Positions 1-14,189 of a stretch of DNA of 64,000 nt are shown one piece after another. Positions within the stretch are counted from its first letter, which is position 1, and each line of letters starts with the position of its first letter. Origin of the DNA: Octopus sinensis. Its lineage: Eukaryota. Below the pieces are notes generated by a model. It did no database searches and was not told the origin of the DNA. It worked only from the letters and a program-made list of their open reading frames with translations. The position numbers and the translations under genes are program-made. The stretch lies in the NCBI RefSeq assembly GCF_006345805.1, contig NW_021832440.1, forward strand, positions 1 through 64,000, in the 5' to 3' direction.

Positions 1-479
1 CGAACGGCCTGCAAAAAACGTTTCAAAAATAATGAAAAAAAGTAAGTCTAAAAAACATTTATCATTATCTGATATTAGCGGACTCTGATGTTGAGTTTCC
101 TTACTGATTGTTTGAATTTCTCATTTGAAAAGAAAAATAGATGGAGCAGAGACACATGTCTTCGTTTGGATTGTCTTCCTTTGGATTAGTCAGTTTCCTA
201 ATAACATGTTCTCTCTCTGTTTTGATCTTATGTAGCTGGCTCAAGCGAGATGTTAACATTTCGTTCTCATCTTGCGGCAGGGCTTCTTGTTGTTGTTGAA
301 TTTCTCATTACCATTAAAACGTGTTAATTTGTTCGTTTCAAATTTTTATTAATTTTTGAAAAAAAATCTAACTAAATCATGTTGCGTAAAAATTAGTGCA
401 ATTTCGGGTTTGGCAATTATACGATCCTTCTCGTCCGTTTGAATCAGCCCTTCGATCTATATATTAGTAGAGACTGAAC

Positions 480-1140
480 GAGATTCGGTAAAAATGAAGA
501 AACGTTTTCGTGTTAAGACGAAACGCCTCAGTTTTTAGGATCCTTGCACATTGTTTACGCTTTACATTCAAATGTGGTTTGTAGGACCCAGTGTTGTCTA
601 CTTTTACTCAAAAATAGTATAGGTTCTATGATATAATTAGGTTCCCATAATCTTCGAACGTCGGTTTTTGTTTCGGCCAATCGAAATCCAAAAATAGTCC
701 TTTTTCTCGTGTAAGATTCAAACCTTTATCCCTGAATTACATTTCTACTTCCTCCAGATAAGATTTAAGTCTGCTCTGAAACAACCTCCTTCTGTGTCAG
801 GGTTCCCACATCGAAATATTCATAACCAAGATGTATTCGGCGTGGATAATTAGTCTACTCGTCGAAAATAAGAGTTTTGGGACATCTGCCACTTATAAAT
901 TGAAGAACAAAAGGCTGAGAACTGATCCCTATGGGACACCTTTTTTGAGATTCACAGCTTTTGATAGGGTCCAATACTTGCTTTCGCCACTCTCTCCATC
1001 AACCCATGGTGCCAGACACTATCAAACGTCTTGCAGACGTCCGAGCAAATCGCGGTTAGGCAATCTTTATATAGTTTAGCTCGAATCAGTTTTTTTAAGT
1101 ACCGAGAAACAATCACTTAATGCACCTTGACTTGAATACC
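480..1140 (-). mobile_element. Degenerate LINE reverse transcriptase fragment (Jockey/CR1-like)
   Basis: Minus strand reads ggtgtcccatagggatcagttctcagc (GVP*GSVLS, a decayed GVPQGSVLxP RT motif). Multiple stops; boundaries approximate. Confidence 0.6.
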
Positions 1141-1153
1141 GATACGCTTATTT

Positions 1154-1200
1154 TCTTAAGAATAAAATGGTATGGGTCTGTCTGTGTGTGCACACCTAAC
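1154..1200 (+). mobile_element. Helitron 5' end fragment
   Basis: TCTTAAGAATAAAATGGTATGG followed by gtct/gtgt repeats, nearly identical to the 5' termini at 29622(-) and 61604(+). Confidence 0.6.
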
Positions 1201-1255
1201 TAAATTTAAATTAGCAAAATACAGATAAATTTTCAAATACAAGTTTTACTTCAGA

Positions 1256-1670
1256 ATGATGAGCATTCCACACACAGACGCAGAGGAGAAAAGCGCATTA
1301 CGCCTTCACACCGACGGTAAGCGTGTCGACGGGATGACGACCTTTTCTTTCAGAGAAGGTAAATCCCTGGTTTGGGACGCCACCTGCGTTAACTCTTTTT
1401 CGGCGACGATGATACCCAAGACTTGCACCAACCCGGAATCCCCCAGTGCTCAGACCAAAGAGTTAAAAAAGACAAAAAACCTATGTATTCTGGACTCTTT
1501 TGAGTTTGCTCCCTTGCCTACAAAATCTTAAAAATCGTCGGAAAAGCCGCAACTTAACTCCTCATTGACATTGGTAGGAGAATCTCCTTTAAAAAAACGA
1601 CCGAGGGAGACGAGCTGGCTCTTTCAGGGACTCAGGTCACCGTGCTCCGCGGAAACTGCCGTTGAACTGA
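1256..1670 (+). mobile_element. CRE-clade non-LTR retrotransposon 3' fragment (RLE domain)
   Basis: DGKRVDGMT...LVWDATC motif shared with the elements at 21340 and 26945. Confidence 0.75.
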
Positions 1671-1779
1671 CACTTAGGCTCTCGACTACTTTCTCAGCAA
1701 ACTATCTTAGCTAGCATCTACGATATTGTATTGCTTCTCATGTCTGCTCTGAGACAACCTCCTTCTGTTCAAACCTTTG

Positions 1780-2600
1780 TGATCGAAAACTTTACAGTAA
1801 ACCTCAATAGAAAATTGTAATAATATTGTTCAAAAAATATTTTTAGTTCGGGCAAAACTGTATTGAACAAAACTGGATTGTTTTTCAATGATGGGAACAA
1901 AAACTTGACCCATTTTTTATTGGAAAAGCCGAAAATCCACACTGCTTTAAAGGAAAACAAATTTAATTAATAATTTGCAAGTAGCAGTCTTATTCATTTT
2001 ACTTCATAATGCTATTATAAACTCACATGATTTAAAGTTTAGTAATATCAAACTCTTTTTTTCCTTCAAAATATAAATTGAAGTTACAGCCTTTGATCAG
2101 AGAACAATAAAATCATTTAAAGACAAGTATAGAAAACTTCTATGTCCACACTTGATTGAATTTTACACTAATGATGGCAATGTTGATCACGAAAAAGTTA
2201 CCGAAAAGTTGAAGAAATTTACTCGATTGAATTGTTAGATTTTCATAAATCTTGGTTAATAGTGTTGGAATTGAAAATTAAAATTGTTTTAAGAAAGCAT
2301 TTGAAAAACGTTAATACAGAACCTGACAGAAGTAGATAATGACAATTTTTAGATTCAAGAAAATGATCAAATTAACGACGAAAACTTTATACAGAACTTT
2401 TCGAGAAAACTCAAACAGCAATAAAAAGTTGAAGAGGAAGATGAAAAAATTCACGTTCCGACACTATATGAAGCTAGTGAAGATGCGAATGCGTTTAAAT
2501 TATGGTTTCTTGAGAATGATTATGAAACTAAAATTAACTTCAACTAATTTCATTTTATCCGAAAAAATTATTTAGCCGGGAATTATATAGATGTTAAATC
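1780..2600 (+). mobile_element. Decayed pogo/Tigger transposase remnant
   Basis: LQPL(D)..IKSFKDKYRKLL-like segment near 2085-2140; many stops. Confidence 0.5.
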
Positions 2601-3179
2601 GAATTACGCTAATTTTCAATAGATTCTGATGTCAAACAATTAACCAAATCCTCCGTTTGTTCCGAGGTCATATATTCATCACTTAAATTATCAAGACATA
2701 ATGTGATAAATGTATAACAACAAGCCCTGCCGCAAGATGAGAACAAAATGTTAACATCTCGCTTGGGCCAGCCACATAAGATCAAGACAAAAAGAGAACA
2801 TGTTATTAAGAAATTAACTAATCCAAACGAAAACATGTGTCTCTGCTCCATCTATTTTTCTTTTCGGGTGTGGCTGAAGTAGACATCCGGTTCCGCAGTA
2901 GAATCACTGATGACGGAGTCACTCGTCAAACCGGGGTGCATGTAAATGCATGGAACCTTCGGCCGAAATGTTAACAGTGAGATTTGAACCCAGGAGCTTC
3001 GCAAAACTACCAAGTTCTTCAAGCACTAAATGTATAACCACTGATTATTAAATTTATTCCCTTTATTCCTCAATATCTTACAAAAGAACTTTCTTTAGAA
3101 AATGAATGAATAGATATGTTATAACTGTACACATCACTTTCTAATTTATCACAAAAGTATTTTTCCGGTTACGAAAAGA

Positions 3180-4555
3180 GTCGCTAGTTTCGAGTTCCAC
3201 AACGAAGGAATTATTGATATTATAAAAGCTGTCCCAAATTGGAAAGCAAGCGGCTGTGATGGAATTTACAACTTTTTTTATCAAGGGCTTCACTGCTGTC
3301 CATGGACCTCTATGTGAGGAGATACGGAAAATAATAAAAGATGAATATACGCCAGAAGGTTGGGTTTACACCGGAATTACGTATCTCATACTAAAAATGG
3401 ATGTACAGTGAATACCCCCAAATTCGCTATTCTGAAATTCGCCACAATTTTTTAAAATTGTTAAATAAAAAATAAAAAAATATATTTTTTAAAAGCATGG
3501 TGCGAGAATCTTCAGAAACAAATTTAATTGATGAAATAAACATTTAAATCTTAATGACACTGTTTTTTATAAAAATGGCTTGGGAAGACGTATGCTCGAA
3601 AAATATTGAAAATTCCTTCAAAAAACTGAAAAAAATAGATTTTGATGAACAATCTACAGATAAAAATTCAATTGATGAATTAATAATTAAAACAGATATT
3701 TATGATCCTATTCAAATTGAAGAATTTATTTCTATAAATTATTTAGAAGAAAATGAAATTACCAAAGAAAGTAATTTCAATAATAAAAATCCTGAAGAAC
3801 AATCTGCGGATAAACATTTTCCGTCAAATGAACAAACAATAGTTCATCTCACTAGAAATGAGATTGGTGTAAAATTAAGAGAAATTCCGAAGTCAATAAT
3901 CGAAATCGTCGAAAACGAAGATGTGCGTCTAATTACTTCAATTCGAAGATTCGAGGAAAAAAATCAAAATATAAAGAGACAACAAACGGGACTGCAATAT
4001 TAGTTTGATAAAAAAGCATAATTCTTTGTTAAAATAAAATTATTTTTTTCAATTACGTCAATTTTGGCTATTTTCGAATTATTAAACAGTTCTACTCACG
4101 TTCAAAAATTATTGATTATATTCTGAAATTTGCTATTTCTCAAATTCCCCCCAAAAAATGACGGAACCAAAAATGGCGAATTTGGGAGTATTCACTGTAT
4201 GTGATTCGCCCAAGGATCTGAGACCAATAACGTGTATGCCCAACCTGTATAACTGATGACAAAGTGTGTGAACAATAAATTATCGGAGTATATCTAAGCA
4301 TATGGTGTTGTTAGCGACAATCAACTTGGAACACGAAGAATGTGTCAGGGAGCGAAGGAACAGTCAATCGTAAATCAGTGTATCAACCAGCAAAATGAGA
4401 ATAAGATATCTTGTATGTGGATTGATGTGAGGAAAGCATTTGACTCAGTCGATTACGAATTCTTAATCTAGAATCTGCAAAACTCTGGCCTCCCGTGTTG
4501 TATGGTAACGTTTATCAAGAAACTAACTACCAACTACCAAATGGAAAATCAGTAT
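3180..4555 (+). mobile_element. R4/Dong-like LINE RT fragment interrupted by a Tigger insertion
   Basis: NWKASGCDGIYNFFIK, RPITCMPNLY and WIDVRKAFDSV motifs. The frame resumes after the 3406-4197 insertion. Confidence 0.7.
3406..4197 (+). mobile_element. Non-autonomous pogo/Tigger element
   Basis: TIRs CAGTGAATAC(C/T)CCCAAATTCGC, TA target duplication. ORF 3554-4003 is homologous to the C-terminus of the 58332 transposase (MAWEDV, TDIYDP). Confidence 0.85.
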
Positions 4556-4639
4556 AAGAGGGTTGACTGTAGTTAAAACTAAAAAAAATAAAATAACAAA
4601 AACAGATTAAAACGAAAAAATTAAAAAACAAGAAAAGGA

Positions 4640-4856
4640 AGGGCCAGTCATTAAAGGTAGTCGACTTGTTTTTAGAGAACAAGTGCTTTTCACATGAACA
4701 GCTGTATGTGGCAGAAGAGAAAATTTATTCATATATGCCAAAGAATGACGGACGACAAACATCGTTTATCAACAGGCGTTAGAACAGGGTTACTTGATGA
4801 AATAGACCTTCCGCAGGAGCTATGTCGCTGTAAGCGGAGCGAGCTACCAAGCTGGT
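4640..4856 (+). mobile_element. Helitron 3' end fragment
   Basis: GQSLKVV..CFSHEQLYV helicase remnant followed by a GC-rich end ...gcggagcgagctaccaagCTGG|t, homologous to 27681-27960(-). Confidence 0.7.
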
Positions 4857-5761
4857 TTATATCTACATAAGAGTGTGACCTCCCGTAAGAGTGTGATCGA
4901 ACCATGACTTTTATACGAATACGAAAGTTGGATTTTTTCCAAAGGAAAAGATTTTCGACAAAACAAGAAGATATGCAATGAAATTAGCTTTCAAGCGTAG
5001 AGTGAATACTTCGCTTGACGACTTGAAGGCAAACTCGGCTGAGACAATCGGCTCTCTGATCAAACAGAGAATAAAGGCTCTCGTGAATGATAGATAATTC
5101 AAGGTTTTTAAAATGGTCAACAATGCGAAAAGGCTATGTTAAGTCTGATGAAAAGACCTTTTTCCTTAAACACATAACTTGTTTTAAAATCTTATTTACT
5201 TCTATCAAAAAAGAAAGTGCCAAATGATGAGATGGTAAAAAATAGCTTGAGGTAATAGTATTTAATTACAGGGCATGCTAAATTGAGGTGATTTTGTTAT
5301 AAATAATAAGTGGGCATTAAATTGTTTGATTACTTTATTTAAACTACTTGGTAAAAGTCGATCTAATTAGTTAATTATGTATTCAACATGCTAAATTCAT
5401 TTTTCACAGAATTCCTAAATATTCTGACGCATCCTCTTGAATTAAAGAAGGTTAATCACCAACACAGCTGAGTCGTTTGATCCTAATTGTAGTGATCGGA
5501 ACCTCAAGATAAAATCTACGCGTTTCCTTTATCAGAACGAATTGAATATTTTGTAAGAAAAGTAAAAAAAGGCAGTACCAGATGTAATTGTGGTTGATAT
5601 TGGTGATTGTAATTTGATTGTATTTCTCAAGTGGTTGAAGAAATTTTGGCAAAAATAAAAGAACTAATATCTAATATCAAAGAATAAAAATCAAAAATCT
5701 TTATTAATATCCGAGAAAGTGAATTTAAGAATTTTAGTATTAATAAGTAAGGAACGAGAGG

Positions 5762-6978
<1,217 letters not shown>

Positions 6979-8387
6979 TTCTCAACAGTTTTCGAGTTTA
7001 ACGTCAAACAGGTATTTATATTCGGATATTCGAGAGCCATAATTGGAAATTGCATTAATTTATTCAAATGATAATCATTGATCTATTTTATAAATTTTGA
7101 AATTTCTCCAGCATGATCATTTTTGCACATTTGAAGGGGTATATTGAGCCATTTCTATATATAATTAGTTACTTTATTAAAAAATAAACATTATTGCGCT
7201 TAAAAGTACTCGGTCCCTATTTTAGAATATGAAAAGAAATTCTAACTTTAAGGAAATGAATTAATTATAAGGAAATGGAACTTGTTTGAAATTCATTTCC
7301 CTATTACTTGAATAATTAAGAACATTCAAAAATTATTTAATCAGCTTTTTTTTGTACACAAATTTCTATTTATATCAAGTGACAACTCAATCCTCCCCTT
7401 TTCATGTTTAGTGAATAAAAACTACATAAAAATAGCGATATGTATTGAGTAGCAGATGACGTGGTAGATAAAATTTTTGATGACAATGTGAATAACAAAA
7501 ATAATACGGATTCTTTAAATTATATGAGTAAAAATTCGATATTGGTTAGCTTCGATAGAAGAATAACTGTTAAAAATACAAAACAAGCATTCAGATCTTG
7601 AAAATAGTAAATAGGGCGAAGTAAATGATGTTTCTGAATAAAATCTCGTACGAGGTTCTACTCATAACACTTGTAAACACCTTGTTGTTAAGGACCACTT
7701 ATATAAATATTTCCAAGTCATCTGATAAGTTCTCGGAGATTTACTGGTTTTTTGTGGTTTATTAGAAGTCTGACGACGAGAATGTTTAAGTAGTGCATAC
7801 TGCAGTTGTCCCCGGACGAATGGTTCGTGAATAAAAAGAGTATAAAAATATGTTTTTTGAAAGTGTGCAGAAAAAGACTAAAAATCACTACGGAAGGTCC
7901 ATTTCTTTTGATTCATAATTGGTAGAGTTAGGGAATAATCAGTTGATTCCTTTAATTTTCAGAAGAGCCTTTCAGGAAAAGAGAACGTGACAGTAGGCCT
8001 TATTTTTCTGACTGCTATAATATCTCAACCTAGTTAAAACAATTAGTTAGACATAACATGTACAAATTGATAATCGTATGTCTGAGGATTTTATTGACGT
8101 AAAATTACTATTGGATGGCCATATGGTACACGAATAAACGCTCCTACTCATCTAATGAAAACATGAAACACGTTTTTATCAGACAGGAGACGTTCTTTGA
8201 GGATTCTGTAATCTTTTCTAGGTAAATTAATAATAAATTAGCAGATGATTGAAACAAAAATTATTTGTAAGATTTCACTGGATTTTAATTTCCTAAAAGA
8301 AGTGTAAATTGAATTATTAATTTCAATTTGTGATTAGAGACAATTAGATTAAGCATTGATAGTTAGTTACTATAATTAGAGATCCAT

Positions 8388-9022
8388 CTAGTTTGGATTC
8401 ATTTTATTCTCATTCAAATTTTTATTGTCTAAATAAATCATAGAATTTATTTTAATGCTATTCAGATTTTTGGGAGTTTCATTCGAAGTGTTGTTTTGGT
8501 TATTTTGAACAGGATCTTGCTAATAAAATATATATAAACCTAAAGCTTCACACAAAAATTCAAATTTATATTCACACTTTATATCACTCCATAATCCATT
8601 TGGCTGAACCGATACAATACAATCTTCGTTATTCCAATTATTTGGTTCACCTGTCCTCCAGTTAAAAAACGTCTTATAAATTAAACATTTTTAGTACCTG
8701 CCTATTTCCATAGGAATCTCTGTAGTCTCCTTCTGTCACAATGTCATTAACTCCTATTAAAAAATTGAGTTTTTTTGTTGTAACGAAGTTTTCTGAGTAT
8801 ACAAATAAAGTATACCCAATATATATTGATTAATAAGTTTATTGTCAACGATAGCCAATGTTCCATTCTTTTTTTTGCAATACTTCATAGCGTTTTGATA
8901 GTTCATTGCAGTTGATACAAATGTGTAACATTTTTTATTAAAACAGTCTTAATGATAGTGATTAGATCAATGAAATTACTTCCTGATGACACGAAACTAA
9001 TAATTGAGAAGATAAACCACAT
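8388..9022 (-). CDS. Secreted C-type lectin domain protein
   Basis: Hand-spliced: signal-like MWFIFSIISFVSSG, then CFNKKCY..YC, LIGVND..EG, FFNWRTGEPNNWNNEDC, WSDIKC..FLCE. Four micro-introns; the last acceptor is ambiguous. Confidence 0.85.
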
Positions 9023-9338
9023 GTGTAATAAATGTATTATTAGACCTATTTATATGATATTTGCGCCATATGGAAATTTTTGGGTCGAGATTTATTGACA
9101 TCTATTCAAATTGTTATTTCGATTGGTTAAAATTTTCGAGAATTGACTTTTAAGGCTGATATAGCCTCATATATTAATAGTTATGTTGAAATACAATCTA
9201 TTTTTTACCATTCTTGTTTGAGGAATTTTGTTGACATTTTAAAAATTCTAAGATATTTAATTTACAAATAAGATATTTAATTTAAAATTCTAAGATACTG
9301 TTCTTTCTCAAATAAACGAACAGAGGAAATCTTTTGCT

Positions 9339-10138
9339 GTGGATGATTGCGTCGCCGTATGGGAAAAGCTGGGATTGCCATTGCCATCTGATGTGACCTG
9401 CCAATCGGAGTGGACGTCGAAAGTCCACGCCAATACGTTTTCATGCCTAAAGGAAACCATGGACCAGAGAAGGTTGGCTTGTTTACAAGCGGGCAGCCAG
9501 CCCCTAAGCGGCGCGTGGCTAAACTGTTACCCTTGTAATACAACTGGCTGCCTTCTTAACGATGAAGTCGTAAGAATTGGAGTTTGTCTGCGCCTCGGTC
9601 TACGCGTTTATGAAAAACACCAATGCCGGTGCGGCGTGTGGACTGACGAGTTTGTCGAAACGGAATTGGACGTTCCTCACGGCATTCCGAACTGAACCAG
9701 ATCATCTGTCGATCTCTTCGAACTGCGGGATTCTACACACAATTGGAACCTGCAGGGATTTTTGTAGAGGACGGCAGAAGACCCGATGGGATGACCACAT
9801 TTCCATTCCAGAGGGGAAAGTGTCTGGTTTGGGACGTCACGTGTGTTAACACCTTTTCTAATCAGAATATCAAATTATACATCGAGAATTCTGGAGCCCC
9901 GTCTGAACGGGCTGAGAAAAGAAAAGCTTAGAAATACGCTGGAATTGGGAATGGGAGAGTGTTTGTCCCCCTGGCTGTTGAGACGTCAGGAATACAGGGG
10001 CCTTCTACTCGGACCCTACTCCAGCGTATTGCCTCATTAATCGAAAGGGTTACCGGCGACCCGTGTGAGCACCGGTATTTAATCGAAAGAATATCTATAG
10101 CCATAGTCAGAGGCAATACTCTGGCTATCTGCCAATGA
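9339..10138 (+). mobile_element. CRE-clade retrotransposon, 5'-truncated
   Basis: SGAWL, HQCRCG, RRPDGMT, WDVTC and AVETSG motifs across frames. Confidence 0.8.
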
Positions 10139-10189
10139 CTATTTCTCTTTTGATTTGAAATAAATTAATGTAAAATTTACAAATCTACT

Positions 10190-10522
10190 TTGAAACAAAT
10201 TAATTTCCTTTTTCAAATTGGCCACAATTTTTTAATTTATTTTTTTAATTATGAAACAACGCAAATTATAAACTACAAGGACAATGATAGTATTTTGTGT
10301 CAGATTTTGGCTGACAGATTCTCACATTTATTCCGCAAGACGGTCTCGAGAAAAACGATTATAATCTCCTGCTTAACAAAGACTCTATTTTACGGGATTC
10401 GAAAATTTTATTTTGATTATATTTAAACGTATTTATTTTAATTTTTCTAAGTATTTATTTTTTTTCAAATTGGCCATAAAATTTTCATGTATCAAAATTG
10501 CCAATTTGCGAGAATTCACTGT
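10190..10522 (+). mobile_element. Tigger deletion derivative with right TIR
   Basis: TQIINYK..QILADRFSHLF matches 58332ff. Ends ttgccaatttgcgagaattcactg-TA, like 59974. Confidence 0.75.
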
Positions 10523-11555
10523 AATTGATCTTCTTGCTTTTGAAATGGAAAGAAAACAACACACGTTTATTCCAAAGGAAATGGTCAGAAAAAATATCGA
10601 TCAAATATTTTTCCACACTTTAACACAATAAAAGAGTATTTTTCAATAATCAAATCGATATATCATGACATGGTTTCCCGAAAAAAAACATTTTGAGAAA
10701 TCATTATTATTTAGATTTTTACCTCAATGAGAGAGCCAATTTTTCTCAGAATAGAATAAATAATTAATAATTTAAAAGACACAAAATATCAGATCAGTTA
10801 ATTTTTAAAGATGAAGAGATAATATGCATAAAATACAAAAACCAAAGATTACGCTTTTTCTCAAAGAAAAAAATGTATGATAATCGTTAAATTATTAATT
10901 TAGACTGAACTCATTTTCAAATTTCGCAGTTGTAAAACTTGTCAAAAAGAAATTAGTAGAGAAAATACGAAAAAATTAAAGAATATTTTTTTCGCGATTT
11001 TTAATTAAAAGAAAACATAAAATCGATTTTTATGATTGGTCATGAATAAAATCCTGTTTTTAAAAGAAAACCTCAAAAGAGTGTGGAATGTAATAAAATA
11101 CGTTAGTGATTGGAAAAAATTGGTTGTGTGTTTTCCCGAGTTTTGGTAAAATTCATGTTTGTTGGTGAAAAATATAATAATCGACTTAATTTTATTATCA
11201 GGTTATTTTTAATTAGTTATCAGGTATTTTCATTTGATTTTTAAAAATTTTTTATCCAACCCGTGACTCAGATTACGAATAATAATAACTCCTGAAATTT
11301 TTTTGTAATTTGTGTAACAATTTGAAATAATTACAAAAAAGTTTATTTGTAAAATTCGAAAATTTTGCTTTGTCGTAGAATTAAAATTACTTTTTAGTAG
11401 TTTTGGCTGAAGTTAATTTAGAACGACGACAAGGTGAACCGCGGAAATGATTGGGCGAATAGGAACGCGTGGAGCAGTGGAAAGGATTGTGAAAATGATT
11501 TAAGCTATTTAAAAAAGAAGCGAAACAAATGATAAATTAATGTAAGATAGCAATG

Positions 11556-13732
11556 TCAAGTCTTTCTTGATTCTTCGCTGATTGTGCTCATGTACTCCAA
11601 AATATCTGTTGTAAATGGATTTAGCTTGGGTCGAACGTTTCGTAATCTTTGGATAACATCAATGCTATAATTCCTGTTGCAACGCTTAAACAGTTATAAT
11701 TCATGAATTAACTTTCTTGATCATCTTGTCCCTTAGAATGGTGGTGTATTTTTCATTATTTTCTCCTCCGAAGGCTACATCTTTTTCAATTTCTTCAAAA
11801 CTATTACTTATATGACAGATGCTGACTTTTTGTTTGATTTTGATGAAAATCTTGACTTAATTTTAACTTTGCTTTGAAAAGATTGAATTCTCTGATCGGC
11901 CAAATATGTGACGGCATCTGTCAAATTCATTTTTGAGTTTATTTTGAAAAGATATTTCTCTCGCGTAAGGGGTGCTTCTCTCTGGAAGAATGGGGCAATG
12001 TAGTAGTAGTTTAGGAATTGAAGTCTATATTTGCTTTATACTTACTTAACTTGTCTTTAAAGTAATTGTTTCCTTTCTCCCCGATGATTCCTTCAACTGC
12101 GGACATGACGTGATCCACCACCTACTAAATTCCAAATAAATTCTAACTCGCGTGTTGAGTTCTTGGAACATTGACTTTTTTTGTTCACTTCTTCGTACTA
12201 CATGAAGACATTCTACCAATGGCTTTATAGTAACCCCCTTAACTTTAATTAAAAATGCGCAAACTTGCAAAAAAACAGTGAAATAAATTACACAGAGTGT
12301 AGCGCTGAGCATTGATTGTTTACTCATAACAACTTTTTCGTCCAGTAAAGACACGAGACTGAAAGCTACCGCCCCTCTAAGTCCGCCGTAGGCCATTATA
12401 AACTGCTCGTTTTTTCTAATTTTGAATGTTCTGAATCGGTTCAAAATGGATGTCAATATCACGACCCCCAAGCAGCGGTAGATTATGCAGAAGAGAATAA
12501 CAAATACGATAAACACAAAATCCCAATCCAAACTTCCATGTGTTGTCGAAATTCCCAAAAATACGAAAATGACTGCTTCAGACAAATTACTAAGAACTTT
12601 GCTGAAGTACTTAACGGTCGTTAGTGAAGTTTCAGCGATGTTTTCTTTAACATATATTTTCATAGTCATGGCAGAAGCGACAATTCTAAGTAATCACAAG
12701 AAGATGCAATACGCCAAAATTCCCGAAAGACGAATAGAATCAGCCAACAGATAACACAAGTAAGACAATACGACGACTATGACAGGCTCGGCTATTAGAA
12801 TATTCTTCGTGTATTTAGTCAAAAATGCGGAAAATAGACCAAAGGCTATTCCCAGTATGACTCCAAAAATGCTCGTAACAAAGAAGGATCCAATCCCGCT
12901 CACAACATCAACAATTATGACACTTTCAAGACGAGAAAAATCATTGAAAATGTGGTAGAGAACCTTTCAAAGTATTAGTCAAATTTAAACCACTGAAACG
13001 GCATCGTTGAGCAGAGACTCACCAAAAATGATTATGTAGAGATCTTCATTGACATGGACCTCTTCAAAGATGGCCAAAACAGCGACAGGGTCAACCGCGG
13101 AGATAATTGCACCGAACAGAAATGCGTGGAGCAATGGAAGAGGTCGTGAAAAAAGATTCAAACAGTGCATTCCGTAAAGCGATCCACCTACAATGAAAAA
13201 TTTACTAATAAACCGATAGCAAAAGCGTTGAAGAGAGTCCCAGCAATTGCATACATAAGTATTGTCCCGATGTTGCAAAAAAACGCATCGACAGGCATAA
13301 AAAAGCCCGCGTCGAAAGCAATCGATGGGAGGAGAAATAAGAAGAAAGTTTTAGCACTAAATATTTCCCCCATACTGAATCCATTTTTTCTTAAATCCAT
13401 GAAAACAAGGCCAATTAGCAATCCGAGGACCAATAAAAGAGAGCTTTCGGGAATAGCGTTGGATATGCGGGGAAATAGATGGAATACTATAATATCAATA
13501 AACGAAGGTCAGTGCTAATTAGCAATAAACAATCAGATGTCAAATTAAAGACAAGCATTAGGAATTAACGATAATGTTTACCGATTCTAGCAATGCAGGT
13601 GATACAAATCCATATTCCGATAATGAAAGGTCCTTCTATCTCCTCAAAATTCCATTTCAGAATCGTGAACCGACTATGATTCCCGGTGTTCGAGCTCACA
13701 ATTAAAGATAGAAACAGTGACAAAATTAGCAT
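11556..13732 (-). CDS. Na+/H+ exchanger (SLC9A, NHE1-4 type), multi-exon
   Basis: [52 protein letters not shown] and [11 protein letters not shown] motifs; many micro-introns. The 3' end is approximate. Confidence 0.93.
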
Positions 13733-14189
13733 TTACAATTTACAATAAATTGGAATGATGATTTCGTTTAAATAATTTATTAGTATTCTTAAATTTAAAT
13801 CACAATAAAACGAATAAATTTTAATATTAAAATTTTATTTCGATTAATGAAATAACTTTTAGATAAATAATTAGTTAATAAAAATTGACAAAAAACTAAA
13901 AATGTAATCAATAGGACTCCAAACTGCATCCCAAAAACGAAAAAATATTAAATTAATAAAAAAATATTTTTTCAAGGAATTCAGTGAACTACTAATTTTT
14001 GGGGTGCCCTGATTTTTACAGAGTCACCAAAAAGTATCCATTAATTTTTTAACTAATTTCGAATAAAACAAGTATCCATTATTTTTTATGTTTATGAGAA
14101 CTTTAAAAACATTGATCTGGAAGCTAATCAAGTTTTTCAAATACATTAAAATTTATTTAAGAATATTGTAAATTATTTTATTAATAAAT

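Noticed and set aside
128-2863. Inverted repeat 128-290 versus 2720-2863 as TIRs of one element
   Set aside because: Diverged, with no TSD or defined termini; more likely two fragments of a dispersed repeat.
2884-2940. Possible hammerhead ribozyme (CTGATGA-hairpin-AAACCGG)
   Set aside because: GAAA reads CAAA, and no convincing stem I or UH cleavage site is present. At best a dead remnant; an Rfam covariance search would settle it.
1154-4856. One large Helitron capturing 3.7 kb between the 5' and 3' end fragments
   Set aside because: The intervening DNA is unrelated TE debris, and the internal Helitron sequence seen in other copies is missing. Independent fragments explain it equally well.
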